Assembly: GCA_900128565.1 (NCBI GenBank)
Contig: LT635937.1
Span: 1-39,264, forward strand
Reading direction: 5' to 3'
DNA length: 39,264 nucleotides
DNA from: Stramenopiles sp. TOSAG23-6
Lineage: Eukaryota
The position numbers were made by a program, and so were the translations under genes. Of the stretch, positions 1 through 13,500 are shown one piece after another. Numbering within the stretch: position 1 is the stretch's first letter; every line of letters begins with the position of its first letter. Below the pieces are notes generated by a model. The model worked only from the letters and a program-made list of their open reading frames with translations. It made no database searches and was not told where the DNA came from.

Positions 1-295
1 CTATAACGTTGCATAAAAAGGCAATTGCTCTATACACAAGTGCCGGATACTCTGAGAGCAAACCATCTGTCCAAAACGGTACAGTAAAAATAATACATTT
101 AGAGAAAAATCTGTAACCTTATATAAATTGTGTTGGTAAAATACTTTGTAATTAATAAACACTTCTTCTATTAATTCTTGAAATTATGTTGGTAAAATAT
201 TTAATTTTTTTTTTTTTTCTTTCCATACAAAAGTTCATAACTCTAACAAAAAATCAAAGTATGATCTATATGCAATTATTTAATTTAGAAAAAAA

Positions 296-1071
296 TTAAG
301 CTGGGAAATAATCAAGAGCTTCAAAATCTGCACCTAAGGAAATGCTAAGTGCTTTGGCTTGTGCTATATTGACTCCGGGTGCTTTTACAGCTGTCGCAGT
401 GACACTAAATTCCTCTTCAACTGCAGCTGCAATAAAAGCACAAACCTGAGGGAAGCCACCTGTACTAGCGTCAGGATTCGCTAATGCTGCATATTGTTTT
501 GGATTTGATGTTAATAATTGAACAGACAATCTTTTAACACCTGACTCTTTCAATTTTGTAATTATATCGGTAGGAAATAGTCCATTCGTCTCGACTCCGA
601 ATGGTATTCCGTGACGATTTTCCTTCACAATTGCGACAGTTTCTAATAGTGTGTCTAATTTTAATAGTGGTTCTCCTTGACCAGCAAAGTACACACCCTC
701 ATCACTCTCTCCCATTGAAAAAAAATGTGTGCAATATGTCAACTATAATCAAATAAAAAAACAGTGATAATACAAAAGAAGGCATTAGTATTATTTCAAG
801 TGAATACAAAATACGAGCCGACTGAGGTCTTCCAACGATCACCATCATATGCATTTTCTACTATTGCTGCTAAATCATCTGGAGTTGGTTCAATTCCATC
901 GGGTAATGGATAAAAAGGAGCATATGAAGCTGGAAATTTAAAACCGGGACCAAAGACATCAAAATGATTTTTACCCCGGTTAGTTCTATTTGTAAGGGAG
1001 AAAAATAAACGATTTCCGATGGTGTATGCAAATCCCTTTTTCGCGCTCTGTGCAGCAGAAGTCGCTGCCAT
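296..1071 (-). CDS. TatD-family-associated radical SAM-like protein; two exons (approx. 1071-823 and 742-296); lacks the CxxxCxxC motif
   Basis: The ORFs 796..1071 and 296..742 together give the family pattern: AYTIGNRLFFSLTNR, EPTPDDLAAIV, VYFAGQGEPLLKLDTLLE, VETNGL, KRLSVQL...NPKQY, GGFPQVCAFI. A candidate GT-AG intron at 822..743 keeps the frame. Confidence 0.8.
743..822 (-). other. Probable spliceosomal intron (80 nt) in the radical-SAM-like gene
   Basis: Minus strand reads TCA|GTCGGC ... TACTAAT (branch-like) ... T-rich tract ... TATAG|TTG, a phase-0 join. The acceptor is better supported than the exact donor; an alternative in-phase donor is TTT|GTATTC. Confidence 0.55.
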
Positions 1072-1532
1072 AATTACAGCACTGTAACTACTTTGTAGTT
1101 TCTTGTGGAATATTTCAGTGAATCCTTAGAATTCAATTCAATCGGCTTTTTCACTGTGCTGTTTTACTCGCGAGTGTGAGTCGAGCGACTGACTGGCCAT
1201 CGACCAGGCCAAAACGGATCATCCATCGGGAGTATTTCCAAATATCGGGGTTTTTTGCTGTAAAATTTTTTTAAAATTGATGCTCCTCGCGTGAGATTAG
1301 TTGAGAACTGAGCATCTTCTCCTCCTCGCGGCCTCCTCGTGATCTCTTCGCTGTGAACTTTCGTCTCTCTATATTGAACGCAAACTATTAGTATACCCTA
1401 AATACTACAAAGGATTCTATCATCGGTCGGTGCCAAGCAAACTTAGATTACAGTTGAAAATACAATGAGGTGTTTACAGATAACCGTGTAATTCAAAAAA
1501 AAAATATTCTCGTGGACAAGACGAAGCATAGT

Positions 1533-4500
1533 ATGAATATGTTCTTCGTAGTGCTACTTCTTTTTTGTATGAATACTTCAGACTCGATTCAATCAAGAGA
1601 AGGAAATTATGCAAAACGTACCATTGCTATGGAACTATTAGATTTAAAAGGCAAATTGCACAAGAGGGAAACACCCATGAGCAGTATCAGAAAGCAAGCC
1701 ACCTCGCGTGTGAAAGGTACTTGTAAACTGAATAGTTTAATTGCTTGTTCAAAGGATTCGGATTGCATGGATTTAGGCCCCTGTTTAAGTGCAGCGTACT
1801 ATCAGTATTATCTTAATAATACTAAACAACATCAGGATTATCAAACGAATGGTTCTAATAGTACAAATATAACTATGAAAGATGTTGACGACAAAAACGT
1901 AACACTTTTGCGTAATAATGACACCACAGAGGGTATCCCAATTATCCAACACCCAAAAGAAGTAAACCTCACAGATACAGTAAAAAACATCGGAAAAACA
2001 CAATATACAAATTCAGAATCTGGGACAGTACCAGTGTCAATGTATCCGCCTGAGATTCCAAAACTTCCATCAGAAAAGTTTTGCACATTAAATGTCGATA
2101 AAAAATGTGACAGTGACGAAGATTGTGGTAGTAGTGGCCCATGCATGAGTGAAACAAAGGCTGAAAAAATAGAGGGTTTTGTTACTCCAATGAATCAACT
2201 AAATCAGACGAAAAGTAATATGACAAATATAAATTCCGGCAATAAAAATTCTACAAAAATAGATAAAGTTACTTCTGTTAATAGAACTCCGATAAACGAC
2301 ACAAAAAGGCTTGATAATTCTGTTAACAGAAATCCGATAAACGGCACAAAAAGGCTTGATAATTCTGTTAACAGAACTCCGATAAACGGCACAAAAAGGC
2401 CTGTTAATGAAAGCACATTGGAAGAATATTCAGATGTATTAAAGCATCCCATCTTTCGAAATATAAGTGTAGTATCCCATCCTCAATCTCTACTGAACAA
2501 TCAAAATAATCAAACAACAATATTACCCCTTCTAGACAATTCACCAAATGCAACTGCTTGGGGACTAGGGTATACTTTGGATCCACGAGTACAAATGTCG
2601 TCTGATTCTTGGTCCGTCCAACCACACAACAATAATAGTAATGGACCTTTGAGGCGCAGGGATTTAGAACAACGTAACGTACGCAAATCTAATACAATAT
2701 CGCCTAATGATGGTGTTGCAATACGCGCTGCTCTATGGAAAGCTGTACAGATTAATGATATTGTTGAAGTTCGACGGCTCATAGGTCTGTCCACATTATC
2801 TCAAAAAGATCTCAATTTAAAAAATAAAACAAGACATACAAAAGACGGTATCACAACTGAAACTGCTGTGAAAATACCTGTTTTACAGTGGGGTGGGATT
2901 GAACCTAGTGCATCAAGAAGATTAAGCTCATACTTGTATAATGGTGGTGTTTGTAAGTCAAGACCAATGCTTCGATGTTTGAAAGATGACGAATGCCATG
3001 AATATGCTCCATGTGTTACTGGTGTGTGTGCATATGATATAGAATTACGATGCGTTCAAGACGCAGAATGTCGTGAAAAGGGTCCATGTCTTCAACAGAG
3101 TGATCTTGGACATTGTAAACTCAAATGGGACCAACCTTGTATGAATGACCCTGAATGCCAAAAGTTCGGCCCTTGTACCTTTGGGGGTGAAGGAATTTGT
3201 CAAAAGGATGAAAATCGGCCATGTTCCCGAGATCAACATTGTTTCTCCTTTGGACCATGCTCTTTTGATGGAATTGGTCACTGTGTGAAAGATATGTCAA
3301 GAGGATGCTCGAAGAATAGTCATTGCTTTGAGAATGGGCCTTGTGCAATAGAAAATGGTACTGGATATTGCTCGCAGGATCCAGATATTCCATGTCAAAT
3401 AGACTTACATTGTGTTGACAAAGCACCATGCTTATTACCTGGTGCGTGTTATAGAAACGAAAAGATTGGTTGCTCTGGTCCACTTCACTGCAAAGTTGCT
3501 TCGCCGACGGGTGGCAATGATACTGGTCCGTGTTCTCCGACAGGTTGGGTTGGTAAATGTGCTCTTGAACCACAGAGAAAATGTAAACTTCAAAGTCATT
3601 GTGAACCTGGCAATGTTGGTCCATGTCTTGATGGTAGTGACAATAGAAAAGAATCACCTACTGGTGGAAAGGCAACTGCTGATGGTGAATGCTGTCTATG
3701 TTTGCCATTAAATCCGGACGCTCGCTGGCCAGGAGTGAATAGCTCTCCTATTGGAGAAGCCATGGGGCTTAAAGAATATGTGTGGGGTAAGAAGGGTGAT
3801 CCTGAGCCGAAAAATCCTGTTCGGCGGAAGAATCAACCACGATGGGAATGCTGTCCCTGTAGCGATAATCCTGATACTGGAAATGGTGCAGCTAAAACTG
3901 GTAGAGGTGTATGTATTAATTCTAAGGATAAAAATGCATGCAATACTCAAGCAGATTGTGCAGCTGATGAAAAACCTTGTCTGTTTGGTGGCAAAGGTTT
4001 TTGCGATAAAAAAAAAGAAATTACATGTAGTGCTGATATGCACTGTAACCCGGACTTTGGACCTTGTATGATGCCGGGTAAAGGGACTTGTGTGTTGGAT
4101 ACGAGGAAGACGTGTGACTCTGATCAAGATTGTGACAAAGTAGGACCCTGTGGGTTTAAAGGTGAAGGACATTGTGTAAAAAAGTCTTCAAAAAGTTGTG
4201 GTTCTGATAATCATTGTATTGACCGCGATGCAGGTGATTTAGGTCCATGTGCCTTCTTAGGTGCTGGATTTTGCAGGAAAATATGGACCCGGCAGTGTAA
4301 CACGGACAAACATTGCATTCAAATAAAATCAGATGGAACCAGTAATAATCTTGGACCGTGTGATATTGGAACATGCACTCATTCATCTGGTCACTCTTGT
4401 TCTGTGGATAAAGATTGTTTTGTAAAAAGTAAAGATAATCCTAAGAAGACTACAGACGTCGGACCATGCAAAACTGGGGCACACCGGCGAGATACATGTA

Positions 4501-7500
4501 GGCGTGCACCAGATTTACCATGTATATCTGACAAAGAATGTGGTACACGAGGACCTTGCATGTCTGGTCAATGTTCCCTTGATCGACTACGTGGATGTGC
4601 AGTTGACTTAGATTGCGGGAATACAGGACCTTGTCTCACTGGCATTTGTAAAGAATCAACCGATATAGCTTGCCTCACGGATGGTGAATGTAATATCCCG
4701 AACAAAGAAGTTGGTGGTGTTGTAAAGACTGACATTGGTCCATGTGTAAGTGGGTGGTGCGAAAAAGATCAAACCATTGGCTGTGATTTGGATTCTCATT
4801 GTGGAGACTCGGGTCCTTGTTCTATATTGACTCGAGGTTTTATTCCAGCACTACAAAGAGCTATTAAAGCTTCAGAATTGAATCATAAAAATTCCATGAA
4901 AACTTTCCCTCATAGTAAATCAGCAAACATGACACGTATAGAAGCTACAAACGCTGTTGCAAATGCAATGCAAGAAAAATCGTTGCTTACGAAGAGAATG
5001 AGACCGGATCTTCAAGGTCCTGCAATGCAAGCATGTAATTTTCTTGGGATAGAAAGGTGTAAGGAAATGTTAGGTGCTGCATACAACAGTTCGCATGTTG
5101 ATGTGGTAACAGCATTCAAAGTTTTACGGTCTGGTGATGCCACATCAGCATGTCTGGGGTTTGGGTGGTATAAATGCACTGAGAGTTTAAAGGAGGCAAA
5201 AGATAGACAACACGAAGATGTTGTTTTAGCAATTAAAGAATTAACACATAGTAGCAAAAAATTAAAAGAAAGAATTTTACTATCTAAAGAAATGGTCGCC
5301 GATACTCGATTGCGTGATGTTGCTCGATTGCAACGTTTGAATGCCCCACAAAGTGATATCACCGAGGCATCTGTAAAAGCAGCAGTTGCTTTAGAAGAAT
5401 CATTGCGCTCAAATTTACAACTTCTTGGGGTCTCAGCATCAAGCACAAAAGCCTCGATATCACCTCCTGAAATAGTTGCAAAGGCACGAGAAAAACAGGC
5501 CAAGTCATTACTTAGGGATGGTAGCATTACCGAAAGACAATTTGAATATATGCGACGTGATATGCATGCGTGGCTTCTCAATGCAACACGAATCAGAAAC
5601 CCGCAAAATTACACTATCATAGAGTCTCCTGGTTTTGAAAATAACTATGCTGATGTCTTTAAAATAGATGCTGGTTCTGGAACTCGTTTTGGATTTAATG
5701 GTACTACTAACGAACGAGGTGGTCCGCTCAAAGCAATCGGCAACGGTCGGCCCGGTGAGAAACATGGTGGAAAAGACAACATAACAAATTCATTTCGTTT
5801 CCATGAGGATAGTATGAAGTTGAAACGACTATATCAATTAGAGCACTTGGAAATGGGTAGTCAAATGTGGCCAAACCGAACACCAATCGATAGTTATGGT
5901 CCGCCACTTTTCTTTTCCAACTCAACGGGAACACCATTAACACTAGACATGTGCAACGGCGAAAAAGAACAAACAGCTGATTGTTATTGTCGAGTGCTTG
6001 GACCAAAGTTATGTGGTGAAAGTCTATTCCTTGCATACTTACAAGGCCACTCGGAAGTTATAGCTGCCATCCGTTCCACTCTCCGGGGCAATTCTACATC
6101 AATGGCGCTGACAATGTGTCGTGCATTAGGACCAAATAGATGTCGCAAAACATTAGCAGAAGCTGTAAGAAGCAATGACATTGCTGTTGTGGCCGCCTGG
6201 AGATTTCTTGTAAATGGAACGCTAGCCTTCCCTGCAATGAATGTTCTTGGTAACACACTGGCGCCCAATCGATGTAATAATTACACGGACTGCTCTGATA
6301 TAACAACGTGTATTGGTGGTCGCTGTTTAGAGCCTCGTGGCTCGGAATGTATGTCTCATAATGATTGTGTACAAGGTCGAAAGTGTATTGAGAAACGATG
6401 TTTTGCTAAACAACCATGCACAAGAACTTCGATGTGTACTTTTGATGAGAGATGCATTGGCGGACATTGCGCTGAAATTACTCCAGGTGTTCCATGTGCT
6501 CGGCGAGAAGACTGCGGTTTTGCTCAAGAATGTCGTAATTGGAAATGCATGCGAGTTGCGAAGCTCTTATCTTGCAAACGATCAATTGATTGTGGTCATG
6601 GACAAACATGTGGCCTCTTTCAAACATGTATTCCACGTCCTCCCTGGGATTGTGCCTCAGATAATGATTGTCCGTTCAAGACGACTATGTGTAATGTTAC
6701 TGAGGGGAAATGTGTGCCTAAAACCCGCACTGTTACTACTGGTGGTGAGTGTACATCTCCTGCACAATGTACACTTCCCGGGCAAACGTGTAGATATGGA
6801 AAATGTATTATTGTTGCTGAAGGGGCCCCCTGTGTTTCTACTGAAGGTTGTGGAGCTGGTTTTGCTTGTGATTTATCCGGGGGTTCCCCGGGAACTTGTC
6901 GAGGTCCAATTAAGATTGGCAGTTTATGTACAGGCGGACCGGGTACGGGTTCGTGTGCAAGTGGCCAAGTTTGTCGTGACGGAGTTTGTGTACTCGCGCC
7001 TAGTGTGGGTTCTGCATGTAAAGGTCCGGAATGTGGCTCTGGTAAGATGTGCGTGGAAGGATTTTGTGTATATGCGCCAGTTTCTCTGGTAATTCCACCA
7101 TGTAAAAGTGTCCCAAATATTGATCATGGTGGAGTATTTGCCAATCCTGGTAAACGAAATGAAACCGAGAAAGACAGCTTTGATGAAAATAAATGCTCGG
7201 GTGTAATGCCAATGGGTTCGTGTACTTATAATTGTAAAGAAAATTTTGAAATCCCTCCAGGTATATCTAACATTACAAACTGTCGATTAAACTCAACATG
7301 GTCAGAAGAACCACCAAAATGTACTTCCGAATTTACTTGTGCCCCAAACAGAGCTCTTCTGAGAGAAGATACATGCAAAGCGAAAGGTATTTGCAGTTGT
7401 TCGTCTCCTGTTTTACCCGGAACAAAGAAGCCACCCAAAACGTTGGATTCTACGACATGTGTTAACTGTGAAGATGAAGGTACTGGAGATAAATGTACTT

Positions 7501-10500
7501 GGACCTCTGATAATGAATGGCTTCGTGGAAAGGGAAAGATGGCTCTATTTTGGGCAATTCAAGATAGAAATCGGAGAGGTGTCCAATTTCTTTTAGATTC
7601 TGGTGCAGATCCAAATATAAGATTAGGTATAGAAGGTTGTCTTGACCCAACAATGACTTTCAATACTACAGAGGAAAAAGAAACGTATAAAAAAGAAATT
7701 CTTGCATCTCCTTGGTGTGAAAGTGCATCTATGAAAAGAGCAGTTGATGTCGCTGATGAAGTAGGTCCTGAAAGAACAGCAAGCATCATTCGTTCTGCCG
7801 GTGGTATTCCTGGTAATGCTGAAATGGTGTATCCATTTAAATGGGAGTCAGTAGTGGAAGCATGGAATCGTACTGCTGATGAAAAAAACTTTGGTATCCA
7901 TGGACATCTTCAATTCTTACCTTGGTGGCAATGTACGAACAGAAATGATCGCAAACGAGGTAAAGTGGGTTGCTACCCACACGCATATGATTGGGGCGAT
8001 TATAATGATTTGGCTTGTGATCCTGACACAGGTCTTAATTGTGAATGTGACGAAGAAGAACCTCCTGATAGTCCTTATACATGCGAAGTTGGTCAAGATC
8101 CAGATACTGGTGGGAAAACTCGCATAAAGAAGGGAAAATTTAAAAAAGGAAAACATCGAGAAGGAACTAACAGAGAAAGGAAACCAAAAGGATTTAAAAG
8201 ACCAACTGGTGGGAAGATTGGTCAGCCAGGTGATTGTGATTGGAATCCATTTACAAATTTGCCTTATTTTCTGTTTTGTATTATATTGAAGGTTCTCAAA
8301 CCTTTATTTACAATGTCGATGTTAGAGACAGGAGCTTCTTCTAATCAGTTAATGCTACCATATCAACCCCCAGTAGTTTCTAATAGTAGTATATCAGTTC
8401 CTTTTTTTCAAACACCAATGGAGAAAAATGATGTATATAATTCGTATATTGATACACCCATGGTTATAACAGATATATACCCACTTGCAAATAATCATTT
8501 TGCAGACAATTTCAATTCGTATAATGGCAATAAAAGTCAAACAAAAGTTGGTTTCAACCCCGTACTGGTAAAATATCCAGTGGATTTTTCTAACACATGG
8601 AATACGCCCAACTTGACCAATGCATTGTTATCATCAGTCATTGTCATTGAGCCTGAACGGTTTTCAAATTTAATTAGTGTGCTAGAATATCGTAATCGTA
8701 CCAGGAAGGGCAATATTTTACAGTATCACTCATTCACAAATTTGAACATTACCGGAAACAAATCAGCAAATGTGAAATTGAACGATAAGAATATCGATAT
8801 CATCAGAACCAGTGGAATGGGAGCAATGCGAAAATTGCTGCATTTCAATACGAGGAGCACAAAAAGAAGACACCTGCGTGGTGCGTGGGGTGTCAATCCT
8901 TCTAGTGTATTGCCATTAGATGAAACCCTGAGAATTCAAAAGAATGATGAGTCTTCGCGATTTTCTGAATTAAGAAATGAGCAACTTCGAGAAAGCTGGA
9001 ATTCTGGTGCAGTTTCATCGATGGTGAGTGCCACAAGTAGTCGAAATGGTGGGTCAGGTAAATGTGCCAAAAGTAAAGCTACATGTTGGACTAATTTAGA
9101 TTGTCCTACAGGGGACACGTGCTCTAAGATAAATAAAAAAGAAGGTGCTGGTTTTCAAGATCAATCTTGGGATAAATCAGAGAAGGGCGTGGATGCAAAA
9201 GATGCCCTTCAGACGCAAATGGCAACCTCTTTAGAAAACTTTGGCGGTGATAAAAATAAAAGAGGTGGCGGTCGTCAGGATACTTCAGTAGGTGGAAGTA
9301 ACGCAATCAGTGAAAAGGGGAAAGCTAATAAGGGCGAATCCGATAAAAGTAGTAATGACAGTAGTTCAAGTTCAACCATTGCTACTACTCCTAGAACAAA
9401 TTGGAAATGGTCAGGAAAGGAAAACATGAATACACCGGGGATGTCAGATTTCTCGTTCTCTCCCATGGATCATGGCCGTGGTATATTTGTCTTTGGTGGA
9501 ATGCGACACGATTACGACAAATTCACAAGCGGTCAAAATGTCTATTTAGATGAAGCATGGTACTATCGTCTTGGTTGGAATGAGACTACTTCCGAAGTAA
9601 CATGGTATGGTCATTTTTGGTTACCAACAGCTCTTTTGGGAACTAAACCATCCCCTCGAGCAGGACACACTTCTGTTGTTGCAGCAGCATTAGGAAGTGG
9701 AGACAGTGAAATTTGTTTCGAGGACGTCGAACAAATTTCTGCCACAGCCAAACGACAAGCAAGTGACCCGCGCAATAAAGCTCTTGAAGAAGCAAAAGCA
9801 AAAGCCGCTACAATGGATGTGCATGATGAAAAATCGACAAAGAAAGAAGGCGAATGTGTTGCTAGAGTTCCATCAGATACATCTGAGTGCACGCCCATCG
9901 TAGACCTCGACGTATGCAAGGGTAACATTAAATGTAAAGTAAGTTCAGAAAGCTCGTCGTCGGCTCCAGTCGATCAAGCTGATATGTTTAGATTTGAAAA
10001 AAATACTTCTTCAGAAGCAGATGACACAAATGAAATTGAGGGAAACAACAGAGAAGATGAAGATGATGAAGATGATGGCGATGACGAACATCCGAAACCT
10101 TCATACAAGACAATATTAATATTTGGAGGATATAATGGAACTCATTTCTTCAACGATTTATATTCGGTTTTTCCAATTGAAGAGTCCAGTCAACAGTTAG
10201 CAAAACAAATGGATCGACTCAAAATGCCAAATGACACTGATATATTCAAAAAGCGAGCATCAACTTTTGACTACAAACATTTTTTGCAACACGAAGGTTT
10301 TAAACGATGCGTCGGGAAGTTTAATGATACTGATACGGGTAGTATAATCGAAGGGGCAGCTGAGTGGTGCCTCGGGTTCTTTGCTCTACCATGGGAAGGA
10401 GAGCCTTGGGTACGAACTTTAGGTGATCCAAAACGAAATGATTCCCGTGGGAATGAGTGGGCAGACAAACCTCGATTCCGAAAAGTCTTGCCATATTGCA

Positions 10501-13500
10501 TGGATACAAAACACCATAGAGAAAGAAATCCCAATACATTTCAATTTCGACAAAGGCGCACCCGAATTCGAAATAAGCAACCATGTATGCCAACATCTTA
10601 TAGAGGTTGTTATTTAGATTGCAAAAATGGCATGGAAGACAATAACCGTGCTTTACCGACTATGGCGGGAATAATGTCGAAACAAGAATGCGAAGACTCT
10701 GCCAAAAATTCATTCGCAAAATTTTATGGACTCCAAGGTCAAGATTTATCAAGCAATAATACAAGACGCGATCTAAGCCAGTGTTGGATAGGAAATTCAA
10801 CGTATGACACTATGGGGAAAAGCGACGACTGTAATATTTATGGTCTTCAAACAAGAATTGCATATGGTAAGAATTGTACAAATGCTGTATATGAGGTAGA
10901 AGTTAGAAGCACAAAAACCAGTGGAATATTTGAATGCAAAGGATGTGATGAATATGGAGGTCCAGGATTGATAAATTGTAAAGTAGACAAAATCACCGAC
11001 GCTGAGAAGGACATACACGAAACACTAACAAAACAATGTTTCGCAATGGATAATGCGAATATTCAACACAAAGATAATTGCGAAAAACATAAATCAATCG
11101 CAGAATGTGATACACAGTTAGAATGCACTACTGAAAAATGCAGTGCGAGCTCATTTATTGTGTCATATGTTACTAGCAATAATATTGCAAATTGTTCAGT
11201 AAAATATTGCAATGTGGAAGATGATCAGGGTGATGCTGAAAAGGCTCTTTCGTATGAAGTGTGTATGAGTATTTTTGACTGTCATGCATACTCTGAGGGA
11301 GCTACTTCGCCGAGATATGATAGTGGAAATTCACAATGGAGAAGGGGTTCTAAAAAACGTTCATTTTGCCATCCAATTGGTAACGCTTGCGTGGAGCGTG
11401 GTATTGGAGATGATATTATTGAAATATCTAGAGAGGTTTGTAATAGTCGGACACTTCCAGCTCCGAGATACCGACATGCATCTACTGTTATTGGACCTTA
11501 TATGATCATTCATGGAGGCATGGGGGCTACGGGTTTTTTGAATGATACAAGAATATTTGACACAAGGAATTCAACATGGTTAGCTGTATACCCGAGCGGG
11601 AATTCTATTCCACCTTCCCGTGCTGGACACTCAATGACAGGTATAGGTACACGTGTCATAATATTTGGCGGATATTCTGGGAGCGCTGGGTTATTTAACG
11701 ATGTATATGTCTTAGAAACTGGGTGCAAAAAAGTACCACCAAATGAAGGCGGGGGATTCAACTGCGGAGAGTGGCCCAACATGAAGTGGCGAAGCGTAAA
11801 GATTGATGGCCCACGCCCCTCAGCAAGGTTTGGACATCGCAGTGTATCTGCAATAGATTCCTCGATGATGCTTAGTGTAGGTGGCTATGGAGCAGGCTCG
11901 GATAATCAGGACTGGCGCAAGCGAAGGAATATGGAAGGTTTACGAAACGAAATGATACTACTTGATGTTTTAGTTCCTAATGTGACCAGTGTATTTCCTC
12001 GTCAAGGATCACCGTCGGGTTATCAAACTGATAATGTCACATGGTATAAGGGGAAACCATACATTAATGAAGTTATTGACTCGAGTGGCAATGTGCTCAT
12101 AAAAAAACACACTAAACTTGCTGGAAGATTGAAGATGCAAATTAGAGGTCGCAGTCTTGGCAATTGTCCGAAGCCATATGCCACAGTCAATGGGATCCAG
12201 AGATGCAATACTACGTGTACGGATGCTTCCTGCAATGAAAGCGTTTGGCACTCGAACAATAATAATGTTATGGTAACTATCGGGAAAAAGAAATGTGATC
12301 ACATTACTTGGTATAGTCCAAACTATATTGAGTGTGAAGTACCCCCGGGGGTTGGAAAACTTCTTAATGTAGTTGTCTGGGCATTTGGACAGTCAACTTC
12401 GACAGACCCACCGAATCGATTGTGGTCCTATGACCCACCCAAAATACTAGATATCTTACCATCTTTTGTGTTGGACTTTCCTGGTGTCCCGAGAGGTCCA
12501 CTAATTATACAAGGAAAGAATTTTGGTAGCCCAGAACTTGACAAAGATGAGTTAATGATGAAGCTGACTATAGGAGGACAAGCATGCTTGAAGTTCATAC
12601 ATGTGTCTGACACTACTATTATATGCCTATGCGTTGCTCGACGAGACAAAAATCAGCCTATAGGTAGCGAAGCAAAAGGTGGCATGACAGTATCTATTGG
12701 AGGACAAGAAGCGGTTGAAAAAAATAAACCGGCAATAATATCCGCACCAGTGAACTTTGCAAAATTAATGAAGAGGCAACTGAAGCGCAGAGGAAGTCTT
12801 GTAAGGTGCCCAGAAGCCGATGATATGGCTCGATTACTATTTACTCCCGGTATGGAAGCCATTCAGGATGACTTAAAATTGTTTCAAGAAGAATTCAAAG
12901 AAGACGCCGAAAATATTAGCTTTTCTGGAAGCCAGGATGCTTGTAGTGATGAGAGAAGTTCAACAAGAGACGATTGTTTATCGAAAGGTATTTGGGCAGA
13001 CGGTGGGTGTAATCCAGATCAATCAATCAAAACAAAGGAAGAATGTAAAACTAAGAGGAATTGGAAAGTTCAACCGGCAAAGTGTAGCGATGATACCAAA
13101 AAAAATAAAGCCGACTGTGAAAGTTCAGCATCTACGCCGATTACATGGGATTCTGAAACCAAAAGTTGCTCCGATAATAAGTCGGCAACAGAAGGAGAAT
13201 GTGCCGCGAGTCAAGCAGCTGCAGCAAATATTAAATGGATAGAAGAGTCCGAAAGTTGTAGTGACTCAAAATACTCCTCGAATAAAGCGAAATGTACGAA
13301 TGACCTTTGGACCAGTGCACATTGTTTAAATAAAGCCGGGGGTACATGCGAAGAACTACCATCTGGTGGATGTACGTTTTCATTTCAATTTCGAATTAGT
13401 TTTTTTTTTATAGTAAATTTTGTATCTAACAAAAATATCAAATTTTTGAAATAGTTTTTGACAGTACATGTACACCAAAGTACGAGCACTTGAGCTCAGC

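Noticed and set aside
1470-1532. ORF-track GTG start of the 3994-aa ORF
   Set aside because: This is a eukaryotic gene; the first in-frame ATG at 1533 directly precedes the signal peptide. The TTG starts at 21595, 24026, 36676 and 39244 are discounted for the same reason.
8865-8882. RHLR as an oomycete RxLR effector signature
   Set aside because: It lies over 2,400 aa from the signal peptide with no adjacent EER motif; kept only as a possible processing site.
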